Below are positions 39,153-48,107 of a DNA stretch of 52,723 nucleotides, piece after piece. A program made the position numbers and the translations under genes. Within the stretch, counting starts at the first letter, position 1, and every line of letters begins with the position of its first letter. The notes under the pieces were generated by a model, which did no database searches, was not told the DNA's origin, and was given only the letters and a program-made list of their open reading frames with translations. The DNA comes from a virus (lineage: Duplodnaviria; Caudoviricetes). Where the stretch lies: the IMG/VR virus record IMGVR_UViG_3300027759_000119, positions 1 to 52,723 of that record. One strand, given 5' to 3'.

Positions 39153-40395
39153 CAGCACTGATCTTGTACGCCCTACAGAGTTAACTGAACGTGAACAGTT
39201 CTTGTTGACTGAGTCAAAAACGTTTTGCATATACCCATGGATACATTTACATGCCTATCCCACAGGAGAAGCATACCCATGCTGCCATGCTGAAATGTCA
39301 GTGGGTCCAGTAGGCAACTGTCGTAAAAACACCCTGGCAGAAATATGGACTGACACTCCCATGCAACAACTGCGCGAGGACATGTTGACGGAAACCCCAA
39401 ATGCCACCTGTGGTCGTTGCTATGAACAAGAAAGCAATGGCTTTTTCAGTGGTCGTAAGAGTGCAAACAAACATCACGGACATCAAATTAAAAAACTAGA
39501 AACAAATCCTTTTGAGATGACCTACTGGGATATTCGTTTCTCAAACTTGTGCAATTTGAAATGCCGTAGTTGTGGACATATTTTTTCAAGCCAGTGGTAT
39601 CAAGATCAAGCAAAACTAGCCGGCGGCGATTGGAAAGATCGCAACACAGTTCTAAACTATGCAGGTCGCACTGAATTAGACATGTGGGAACAACTAGAGC
39701 CTCACTTGGATTATGTAGAACAAATTTATTTTGCCGGTGGCGAACCACTACTGATGGAAGAACACTATCGTATCTTAGAAGAACTTGTGCAAAGAAAATT
39801 GTTCCATGTGCGCCTAATCTACAATACAAACTTCACACATACTGAACTCAAAGGTAAAAGTGTATTTGAGTATTGGAAACAGTTTGACAGTGTGGCAGTG
39901 GGTGCAAGCCTAGACGACTCAGGCACCCGAGGCGAATATATCCGCAAAGGCACAGACTGGGCAGTGGTAGAACAGAATCGCAGAGACATGTTAAAGATAT
40001 GCCCCGAGGTAGACTTTTATATCAGCCCTACTTTGAGCATATTTAATGCACGCCATTTGCCTGAATTCCATCGTGACTGGGTAGCGAAAGGCTTGATTCA
40101 GCCACAGGATTTGAACGTAAATATATTGCAAGATCCTTCATACTACAGAATAGACATTGCGCCAGCTGAATACAAACAAGAACTAGGCACAAGATACTTG
40201 AATCACATCATGTGGTTGCAAGATCAGGATTCATTGGGCCGTGCCACACAAGGTTTTGAATCGGCTATCAAATTCATGATGAGCACGGACAATACACATT
40301 TGATAGATACATTTTGGCGCAAGACACACGAACTAGATTCAATTAGAAAAGAAAATATCTTGGAAGTAATTCCAGAACTGGCAGTATTAAAATGA
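39133..40395 (+). CDS. Radical SAM enzyme 3 with N-terminal twitch domain
   Basis: CNLKCRSC and AGGEP. N-terminal FCIYPW..G.AYPCC..GN....L.EIW..CGRC. Confidence 0.93.
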   Translation: MTQYKYNSTDLVRPTELTEREQFLLTESKTFCIYPWIHLHAYPTGEAYPCCHAEMSVGPVGNCRKNTLAEIWTDTPMQQLREDMLTETPNATCGRCYEQESNGFFSGRKSANKHHGHQIKKLETNPFEMTYWDIRFSNLCNLKCRSCGHIFSSQWYQDQAKLAGGDWKDRNTVLNYAGRTELDMWEQLEPHLDYVEQIYFAGGEPLLMEEHYRILEELVQRKLFHVRLIYNTNFTHTELKGKSVFEYWKQFDSVAVGASLDDSGTRGEYIRKGTDWAVVEQNRRDMLKICPEVDFYISPTLSIFNARHLPEFHRDWVAKGLIQPQDLNVNILQDPSYYRIDIAPAEYKQELGTRYLNHIMWLQDQDSLGRATQGFESAIKFMMSTDNTHLIDTFWRKTHELDSIRKENILEVIPELAVLK

Positions 40396-41600
40396 ATATA
40401 CCACACGATAAGTTTTGCGTGTTGCCTTGGATCAGCATTGAAGCCTCACCCATAGGCACTGTGCGTCCTTGCTGTCTTGCCGATGATGAAATCCTAGACG
40501 ATTCAGGCCGCAAGTTTGAATTGAGCACTGCTGACTTTGCAGACATACAAAACAGTGGCCACATGCGCCGACTACGTGAACAGTTTCTTGCAGGAGAACG
40601 TCCGCAAACTTGTCGCAAGTGCTGGAATGAAGAGCGTGGCGGACGCACCAGCAAACGCATGCACACGCTAGACAGGCTCAAGCACACAATCGAGGACACT
40701 GAATGGACCATAGATGCCAAGCCGTTGATATTCTTGGATTTAAAACTGGGAAACATTTGCAATTTAAAATGCCGCATTTGTGGCTCATGGTCAAGCAGTC
40801 AGTTTGCCACAGAAGAAATTAATCAGTTACCACGAGAACAACAAAAGTCCAGTCATGCATATCAAATGCTACGTGCTGGATCGTGGCCAAGAGAAAATGC
40901 TCAGTTCTGGCAACAGATTGATTCAGTGTTAACTGACATTTGTTATATTGAATTCACTGGTGGCGAACCGTTCATGATCGACGAGCACTTTGATATGTTG
41001 CAAGGTATCATTGATCGTGGCATTGCACATCAAGTGGAAATACATTACAACACCAATGGTACACAATATCCTGCTCGCGGTGAAGCAATTTGGCGGCATT
41101 TCAAAACTGTAGAGATTGCATTCAGCATTGATGATGTTGGCAAAAGATTTGAATATCAACGCACCAATGCAGACTGGGCTGTGGTACTAGACAACATCAC
41201 AAGTTTTCAGTATCTAAAAACTCAAATGTCCAACTTGCAATTACAATGTTGTAGCACTGTGAATGTGTTCAATGTGCGCTATATTGATCAACTGGCTCAT
41301 TGGATAGCACTGCAAAAGTTTGACTTTGTGTACTGGAACATAATGCATGATGCTTGGTACTTTAGTATTGCCACACTGCCTGACACCGCCAAAGCCGGCA
41401 TTACAGAACATTTACGTTCAGCAGACGTGCCGTCGCAATACCGTGAAGAGTTTGATCGCATCTTAAACTTCATGAATACTGGTGCGTCAACAGATGGATT
41501 TATGTTGCGCATGAAGATTGCAGATTTGGATCGTAAACGAAATCAAAATTTATGCAATGTAGAATCTGAATTTGCTAGGTTAATTAACTATGAATCTTAA
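40392..41600 (+). CDS. Radical SAM enzyme 4 with N-terminal twitch domain
   Basis: CNLKCRIC and TGGEP. N-terminal FCVLPW..G.VRPCC..CRKCW. Confidence 0.93.
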   Translation: MNIPHDKFCVLPWISIEASPIGTVRPCCLADDEILDDSGRKFELSTADFADIQNSGHMRRLREQFLAGERPQTCRKCWNEERGGRTSKRMHTLDRLKHTIEDTEWTIDAKPLIFLDLKLGNICNLKCRICGSWSSSQFATEEINQLPREQQKSSHAYQMLRAGSWPRENAQFWQQIDSVLTDICYIEFTGGEPFMIDEHFDMLQGIIDRGIAHQVEIHYNTNGTQYPARGEAIWRHFKTVEIAFSIDDVGKRFEYQRTNADWAVVLDNITSFQYLKTQMSNLQLQCCSTVNVFNVRYIDQLAHWIALQKFDFVYWNIMHDAWYFSIATLPDTAKAGITEHLRSADVPSQYREEFDRILNFMNTGASTDGFMLRMKIADLDRKRNQNLCNVESEFARLINYES

Positions 41601-42984
41601 ATCTTATATCACCAATGAAGACTACAACACATGGTCTGGACCAGACTGGCCTAGTTTTGATGATCTACTTTCTGGCAACTACACAGTCAATGCAGAGATA
41701 CAAAAAGAAGTAGACGAATTTGTAAATCTACATTTTAAAAAAGGCACAGTATTTCCAATTAAGACTGCTACAGCATGTCAACGCAAATGGACTGAAAGCA
41801 ATCTTTGGCTAAATGATTTAAGTTCAAGCAGTTGCCATAGAATAACTCCTATTAAATTTGAATTGAAAGACTTTGATAATTTTCATAACTTGCCAAGAAA
41901 AGTAGAAGATCGAGAATTAATGTTAAAAGGTGGATGGCCTGACAACGGATGTTCATATTGCCAAAACATCGAAGAAGCAGGCGGCATAAGTGATCGTTTA
42001 CAGTTTTTGAATCAACGAGGATATGCTCCTAGAGAACTTGAAACTGATCCCATTGCGGTCAAGGTCAGTCCTCGAATGTTACAAATATGGGCGCAAAATA
42101 CCTGCAACATGTCGTGCATTTATTGCAATGGTAATTTCAGCAGTCAGATCGAAAAAGAAAATCTCAAATATGGAGAATTCAACTCAGGCGGGGTGCATAT
42201 TCCTGTAGTGAAGATTCCCACACAAGCTGTAAAAGAGTATTTTGATCGTTTTGTGATATGGTTAGATCAAAATGTAACTACATTGACTAGATTAATTCTA
42301 TTAGGAGGAGAAACACTTCTTCAGCACGAGTTAATGACTGCGGTATTAGATATATTCGAAAGACATCCCAGCCCTAATTTAGAATTTGCCATGTTTAGTA
42401 ATTTCAATGTGCCAGACAGTGCATGGAATCGATATATTCCTACAATATTAGAACTACAGAAAAAAGGACACATAAAATACTTTGATTTAATGGCCAGTAT
42501 TGATTGCTGGGGTCCTGAACAAGAATATGTACGATCAGGGTTGGATCTTAACAAATTTGAACAACGTTTTGCTTGGGCAGCTGACCAAGATCCTGATTGT
42601 TTAAGATTGTATATTTCTCAAACAATAACCGCGATGACCATAAAAACCATGCCAGGTTTGATTGAAAAAATAAACCAATACAGTAAAAACAGACCCATTG
42701 CACATTATTTTTCTTTTTATCTAGGACCTCAACAATTTCAAAATCCCGATATTTTTGCCTATAGCATGTGGGAAAAAGATTTTGAAAAAATACTATCAAT
42801 GATGCAAACTAATACAACAGAACAAAGAGAAGCCAAAGACAGAATGATTGGCATTCAAAAATATCTGCAATCAATTACCAAGCACAACTATGCCGAAATT
42901 GAAAAGTTGCACACATATCTTGACGAGTTAGATCGTCGTCGTGGTACCAACTGGCAACAATTATTTCCATATCTAAAAGTATGA
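41590..42984 (+). CDS. Radical SAM enzyme 5 (AT-rich, with an extra N-terminal GPDWP segment)
   Basis: CNMSCIYC and LGGET. N-terminal ACQRKW..SSCHR..CSYC. Confidence 0.9.
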   Translation: MNLKSYITNEDYNTWSGPDWPSFDDLLSGNYTVNAEIQKEVDEFVNLHFKKGTVFPIKTATACQRKWTESNLWLNDLSSSSCHRITPIKFELKDFDNFHNLPRKVEDRELMLKGGWPDNGCSYCQNIEEAGGISDRLQFLNQRGYAPRELETDPIAVKVSPRMLQIWAQNTCNMSCIYCNGNFSSQIEKENLKYGEFNSGGVHIPVVKIPTQAVKEYFDRFVIWLDQNVTTLTRLILLGGETLLQHELMTAVLDIFERHPSPNLEFAMFSNFNVPDSAWNRYIPTILELQKKGHIKYFDLMASIDCWGPEQEYVRSGLDLNKFEQRFAWAADQDPDCLRLYISQTITAMTIKTMPGLIEKINQYSKNRPIAHYFSFYLGPQQFQNPDIFAYSMWEKDFEKILSMMQTNTTEQREAKDRMIGIQKYLQSITKHNYAEIEKLHTYLDELDRRRGTNWQQLFPYLKV

Positions 42985-44258
42985 GCTTATGCATGGCACC
43001 CTGGGTGCATACTTATCTAAGCCCGCTGACAGAACGGCGTATGTGTTGTGCGTCAAGAGAACCTGCACAAAATTTTCGTCAGTACATAGACACTGAGTCA
43101 GGCACCAACAAATATATTCCCATCACACTGGATGAACATTGGAACTCGCCACACATGATGAGTGTGCGCAGACGAATGATGGCTGGCGAAACCTTGCCTG
43201 AGTGCGAAGTGTGCAATGATCGGTTATTGAACACCGACGTTTACCGCACATATTTTTGGCAGTTGTTCAAACATAAGTATCCTGACATCTGGGAAACCAC
43301 CAATACCGCAGGCCGCACCACAATGCAGCCTGTGAGTTGGGATTATAGATTCTCCAACTTGTGCAATTTCAAATGTAGAACCTGCGGTGATATGTTGAGT
43401 TCAAGTTGGGAAAGCGAACAACGACAGCACAATATGATTGAGTGGACGGATCCCAACAACAACTGGATGCGCCCCAAAGTAAGATCGGCTATCACAGCAT
43501 TTCAAGACAGCCAGATCGAAGCAGAGTTTGCTGCGGCTGTAGAACAGCATCGTGTTGAAGAAGTATATTGGGTTGGCGGCGAGCCCTTGATGTACGAACA
43601 ACATTGGCGTTATATGAAACGCATAGTTGAATTAGGGGATGGTCCAAAAGTATATGCTAGATACAATACAAATTTATCCAGAGTGGATTATCGAGGCGTC
43701 AATCTATATCGTGATATTCTTAGTGGGCTGCGCGATTGGCAGATATGTGCAAGTCTCGACGGCACAGGCTCAATTGGTGAATACATTAGAACAGGCCTTG
43801 AGTATGATCGCTGGCTTGACCATTTCAGTCAAGCAGTTGAGATCCAACGTAACAGACGTCAAGTACGAATTGACTTTACGCTCACTCTGCCCGGAATGTT
43901 CGAAATTACACGCATTAGACAACTTGCCCAAAAATTCGGAGTCGAAGTCCTTGCTAAAGTAATGTTCTCATTCTCGCCTAACATTGTGATGAGCCCTTTG
44001 GCTTTACCTAGATCTGTGCTGGAACCATGGATAGATGAACTTGTACCTGAAGTGGATGGTGCCTTGCGTGATATGTTGTTGCAATTAAAAACACGGCCCA
44101 CATTTGAAGAACAATGGCCAGACACTTACCGTCAAGGTCTTGCAAGCGGCCGGGATCGTGTGCTACAATTAGAAAGCATACGCACACAGAAGATCACCAT
44201 GGCTGAAATACTTGCTGATCGTCCTGCGGTGCTAGAATGGTGGAACAACATTGCTTGA
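42981..44258 (+). CDS. Radical SAM enzyme 6 with N-terminal twitch domain
   Basis: CNFKCRTC and VGGEP. N-terminal LCMAPW..RMCC..CEVC. Confidence 0.92.
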   Translation: MSLCMAPWVHTYLSPLTERRMCCASREPAQNFRQYIDTESGTNKYIPITLDEHWNSPHMMSVRRRMMAGETLPECEVCNDRLLNTDVYRTYFWQLFKHKYPDIWETTNTAGRTTMQPVSWDYRFSNLCNFKCRTCGDMLSSSWESEQRQHNMIEWTDPNNNWMRPKVRSAITAFQDSQIEAEFAAAVEQHRVEEVYWVGGEPLMYEQHWRYMKRIVELGDGPKVYARYNTNLSRVDYRGVNLYRDILSGLRDWQICASLDGTGSIGEYIRTGLEYDRWLDHFSQAVEIQRNRRQVRIDFTLTLPGMFEITRIRQLAQKFGVEVLAKVMFSFSPNIVMSPLALPRSVLEPWIDELVPEVDGALRDMLLQLKTRPTFEEQWPDTYRQGLASGRDRVLQLESIRTQKITMAEILADRPAVLEWWNNIA

Positions 44259-45276
44259 TAGAATTGAAATAGACTTACGCGGTGCAGATAATTTGACACT
44301 GTATATTGATGTTGCAGACAACAGCCTCAGTCGCAAATGGCTTGCCGCATTGAATGATATCATACGCAACAATTTGCATTTGGAAAAAAACTACTGCTGG
44401 TTAGGATGGACTGAGAGCAAACGCAATGCTGAATATATTGTAGGGCAAATCAATGCCAGCATTGACGCAATTAACACAGCCAACCTGGGGTATACCATCA
44501 ACGATCAGTTCACAGTAGAAGGCACCATACAAGACAACTTGGATGTTGATCATGAACGTATGAACTGGTTGCATCGTTACTTCGAAGACCTGCAAGGACA
44601 TTCCGGGCACATGAGTGACTACTGGAACAAGGCTGACGCTGGCACACGCTGGCACATACGACAACTAAACTTGTTGTGTCATGAATACGAAAGTCTGGTG
44701 CTGAGCATGCGCAAGGTCATGCAAGCACCCGAATGGCGCAGACCCAGCCAGCTGATGTGTTGGCTCAATGCACCACGCTTCTCATTGGACTCAAACGATT
44801 ATGAACTGTTTGGCATAGACACAATCAACAGACAAATGGGCGGAGTTTATGTGGGTGTGAACAAAGCAGTAGGCAAAGCACATTGGGAAGTGTTCAATGA
44901 TGAGGGCCGCAGTATAGATGAGTTGGTTACAACCAGTTTGCGAAATCAAACAGAAGCCGCTGGCGATTTTGACATAGAGTGGGCTAGAGATCCGGGTGCA
45001 TATCATTGGCAAATTAAGAAATTAACCGACTTTCGTGAATGGTTGACTGACAATGGATTTGATCCTGAAGACAAATCGTTGACCATTGGACATCCACAAG
45101 TAGCACAAGTTAATCTAACAAAAACATTTGGTACACTAGACTACAATCAAATTTGGCAACAAATTGCCGGTCATCTTGATGTATATAAAATACGTACCAG
45201 CGATGCTGAAGCTACATATGAATATTGCTGGAGCGATCGAGATTATGCTGAACAGCAAATAAGGAGATTGACATGA
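44251..45276 (+). CDS. Hypothetical protein (341 aa)
   Basis: Long ORF overlapping both neighbours, TTG start. It has NWLHRYFE and NLLCHEYE motifs. Confidence 0.7.
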   Translation: MLDRIEIDLRGADNLTLYIDVADNSLSRKWLAALNDIIRNNLHLEKNYCWLGWTESKRNAEYIVGQINASIDAINTANLGYTINDQFTVEGTIQDNLDVDHERMNWLHRYFEDLQGHSGHMSDYWNKADAGTRWHIRQLNLLCHEYESLVLSMRKVMQAPEWRRPSQLMCWLNAPRFSLDSNDYELFGIDTINRQMGGVYVGVNKAVGKAHWEVFNDEGRSIDELVTTSLRNQTEAAGDFDIEWARDPGAYHWQIKKLTDFREWLTDNGFDPEDKSLTIGHPQVAQVNLTKTFGTLDYNQIWQQIAGHLDVYKIRTSDAEATYEYCWSDRDYAEQQIRRLT

Positions 45277-45374
45277 AATGGTTACGCAGAATTTGGGATA
45301 GAATTACCCTAGAAATACGCTATAGGAAAAAACTAAAAGAACTTCGCAAACGAGATCCATTCATCTATAAATGA
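45273..45374 (+). CDS. 33-aa basic peptide (missed by the ORF track), coupled to the carbamoyltransferase
   Basis: MKWLRRIWDRITLEIRYRKKLKELRKRDPFIYK*. AAGGAG RBS at 45261-45266 and ATGA overlaps at both ends. Confidence 0.8.
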   Translation: MKWLRRIWDRITLEIRYRKKLKELRKRDPFIYK

Positions 45375-46855
45375 ATATCTTAGGAATCTCAGCTGGCTTT
45401 CATGATGCTGCCGCCACAGTGATCAGCTCACGAGGTGACATTGTATTTGCTGGACATGCAGAACGCTACAGCAAGAAGAAGAATGATGCTGACATCAACC
45501 TTGGCCTAATCTGGGACGCATGTGACCAAAATCTTGCCGTTGATCATGTGGCTTACTATGAGACGCCATGGAAAAAACAACTGCGCCAGTGGTACAGCGG
45601 TCAAGGCATAGAGTGGAACAAGTTGACCACAAAACAAATACTCAAGCAACAACTCAAAGGATTTTTTCCAACAGCATCACACAGTTGCCACAGTCATCAC
45701 CTTAGCCATGCAGCCGGTGGATTTCAGACCAGCCCATATGACCGTGCCACGGTGGTGGTAATTGATGCCATAGGCGAGTGGGATACAATCACAATCTGGG
45801 GAGCAGAATATGATCGACAAGGACGAGCAAGATATCAGCGATTGTGGGGACAACAATATCCGCACAGCCTGGGTCTCTTTTATAGTGCAATTACTCAGCG
45901 TGTGGGCCTACACCCACTAGACGAAGAATACATTACCATGGGCATGAGTGCTTATGGCAGTGATCATTACAATCGTGTGATGGAATCAGTGTTGATTCGT
46001 GACCCATACGAAATAGAGTTTGGACAAAACTTGCACACCGGAGTCACGGATGATTTCATGGGCGGTCTCAGCAATGAAGATATTGCTGCCAGTGCTCAAC
46101 GATTGTTAGAACGCCTGATAGGCAATGTCATGCGTAGGGCCAGAGATTTCAAATGGAGCACTAATCTTGTGTACCAAGGTGGTGTTGCACTCAACTGTTT
46201 GGCCAATAGACGATTAGGAAATTACTTTGAAAACATCTGGATCATGCCCTGTCCTGGAGATGCAGGGTCAAGTCTTGGAGCCGCTGCCTTTGCTTATGGT
46301 AAACGTCTGCATTGGCACAATGCGTACCTTGGCTATAATATCCCTGGTGCTTATCCTGTTGATCGTATTGTCTGTGGTTTACTTGACACTGGCATTGTTG
46401 GAGTGGCTAACGGTCGTGCTGAATTTGGCCCAAGGGCGCTGGGCAACCGAAGCTTACTTGCTGACCCCCGTGGCGCAAAAATTAAGGATCAAGTAAATGC
46501 AATCAAACGACGACAAAAGTTTAGACCCTTTGCACCAGTTATTTTAGAAGAACATGTCGGCGAGTATTTTGCTATGCCTCGTGGATGGAGTGACAGTAGG
46601 TATATGCAAACAGTTTCTCTTTGCAAGAATCCTGACTTATTTCCTGCTATTGTTCATGTTGATCAAACTAGTCGTGTGCAAACTGTACCAAAAGATGGCA
46701 GTGGCATAAGACAGTTATTAGAAGCATGGCATGCACAAACTGGTTGCCCTATGCTGTTAAACACCAGCCTCAACATACGTGGTGAGCCCATGGTCAACGA
46801 TCGTTCAGATGCTGATCGTTTTGAAATGCTATATGGAGTAACAGTATATTCATGA
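45371..46855 (+). CDS. O-carbamoyltransferase, NodU/CmcH/TobZ family
   Basis: ILGISAGFHDAAA, ERYSKKK, HHLSHAA, VIDAIGE, GGVALNCLAN, PGDAGSSLGAA, GRAEFGPRALGNRSLLADP, KRRQKFRPFAP and LLNTSLNIRGEPMV. Confidence 0.96.
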   Translation: MNILGISAGFHDAAATVISSRGDIVFAGHAERYSKKKNDADINLGLIWDACDQNLAVDHVAYYETPWKKQLRQWYSGQGIEWNKLTTKQILKQQLKGFFPTASHSCHSHHLSHAAGGFQTSPYDRATVVVIDAIGEWDTITIWGAEYDRQGRARYQRLWGQQYPHSLGLFYSAITQRVGLHPLDEEYITMGMSAYGSDHYNRVMESVLIRDPYEIEFGQNLHTGVTDDFMGGLSNEDIAASAQRLLERLIGNVMRRARDFKWSTNLVYQGGVALNCLANRRLGNYFENIWIMPCPGDAGSSLGAAAFAYGKRLHWHNAYLGYNIPGAYPVDRIVCGLLDTGIVGVANGRAEFGPRALGNRSLLADPRGAKIKDQVNAIKRRQKFRPFAPVILEEHVGEYFAMPRGWSDSRYMQTVSLCKNPDLFPAIVHVDQTSRVQTVPKDGSGIRQLLEAWHAQTGCPMLLNTSLNIRGEPMVNDRSDADRFEMLYGVTVYS

Positions 46856-47079
46856 AGTCAGCACAAGAACATTTAAAAGATTCACAAATGGGTTACTGGG
46901 CCCATATGGCACACAGTTTTAAACAAAGCAACAGGCTAGTAGACATTGCTGTCAAAAGTTATATACATGGCATATTCCCTTGGTTCTTCGCCAATCGTGG
47001 ACCCGTGGGTGTGTTCAAGATCTACCGAGAAATCCGCAACATGCGCCACATTAGAAAAATACTAGACCGTCAAAGGTAA
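46852..47079 (+). CDS. Small His-rich hypothetical protein (DUF6356-like)
   Basis: EHL....GYWAHM......IHGIFPW.F pattern, with an ATGA overlap to the carbamoyltransferase. Confidence 0.55.
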   Translation: MKSAQEHLKDSQMGYWAHMAHSFKQSNRLVDIAVKSYIHGIFPWFFANRGPVGVFKIYREIRNMRHIRKILDRQR

Positions 47080-48107
47080 GTCTCTAATCCGCCGCGTCTG
47101 CGGATGTCTTGAGTGCAACAGCTGATACCGCCATCCCAGAAATAACTGTGTCGCAATTCACTGATGATGGGTTCTATCCTGTGCCGACGGCAGTAGTCAA
47201 ACACTTCTTTGTTGTATGCTGAGAATATAACATGCGACTCGTCCAACACAAGGCAGTTGACGTCAAACACAGTCTCAGCAACAAAGCCAGTCCACTTGGT
47301 CAAGTAAGTATTCACAAACTCTGTGAACTCTGGTGTGGGTGTTTGTCCTTGCACATACCATGCACCTGGTGATTGTTCATACTTGAATTTGCCCACTTCC
47401 ATGGCAGCCCAAATACTACTATCCCAAATTTTACAAACGTCCCAGCCTGGAAAGTCTGCAGCCAAATTCAAGTTAACATCATGTTTGCTTGACAATAACA
47501 CACCAGGCTTTAGTATAGCAAACACAGCATCACCGTGACCGTCTGTGATGGCTTCGTGTATGCGATACTCAGTACCTAGTACATTGTCCACAATCCAACG
47601 AGTTTGATCTGGACGCAAAAAGTCTGAGTTGTCAAAAAATACATCGCGTCCTACACGCACAATGCAACTTGCTGATGCTTGATTGAGAACGCAATTCTTG
47701 TCCCAGCCTGTGGGACCATGTGGATTGATCACTGTGCCACCGGCCTGTTCATATTCTTTACACAGTCCATCTAATTCTTGCATGGCCAATACACGCAATA
47801 GTCGATCACCCAGTGTGATCTGCCAGTCTCGTGGAGTCAATGGTGGCAATGGTGCACCATTGCCGGTTAGTTGTTCTTGTTGAAAACGGTGTTTGTTGGG
47901 CAGGTCAGGTCTTCGTACTCGCGCACCATAAGTCTCAATGGTTTTTTGCAAATTAGATAAATCTTCCTCAGTTTCATATAATATCTGTTGTAGTTGATTC
48001 CGCACTTGCGGATTTTTAATAAAGTCAAAGTAGTCTGGGGTGTATGCACGGCCCACAATGACTTCCTCTAAGGGCTGCCAACTGGTGTATGAGTTAATGG
48101 GATTCAT
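47070..48107 (-). CDS. Amidinotransferase (glycine/inosamine-phosphate amidinotransferase, StrB1-like pentein)
   Basis: INSYTSWQPLEEVIVGRA, PRD, GHGD and the C-terminal GGISCCTQDIRR carrying the catalytic Cys. Confidence 0.88.
   Translation of the reverse strand: MNPINSYTSWQPLEEVIVGRAYTPDYFDFIKNPQVRNQLQQILYETEEDLSNLQKTIETYGARVRRPDLPNKHRFQQEQLTGNGAPLPPLTPRDWQITLGDRLLRVLAMQELDGLCKEYEQAGGTVINPHGPTGWDKNCVLNQASASCIVRVGRDVFFDNSDFLRPDQTRWIVDNVLGTEYRIHEAITDGHGDAVFAILKPGVLLSSKHDVNLNLAADFPGWDVCKIWDSSIWAAMEVGKFKYEQSPGAWYVQGQTPTPEFTEFVNTYLTKWTGFVAETVFDVNCLVLDESHVIFSAYNKEVFDYCRRHRIEPIISELRHSYFWDGGISCCTQDIRRRGGLETYL

Noticed and set aside
45366-45373. TATAAATG as a late promoter for the carbamoyltransferase
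   Set aside because: It mismatches the TAAATA core, overlaps the start codon itself and is explained by the Tyr-Lys-stop codons of the 33-aa peptide.
35332-47079. Radical SAM array as a classical RiPP or cofactor (PQQ, MoCo, queuosine) cluster
   Set aside because: No RRE/PqqD domain, peptidase, transporter or Que/Moa genes are visible, and the neighbours are sugar-modifying enzymes. RiPP is kept only as a minor alternative for the 33-aa peptide.
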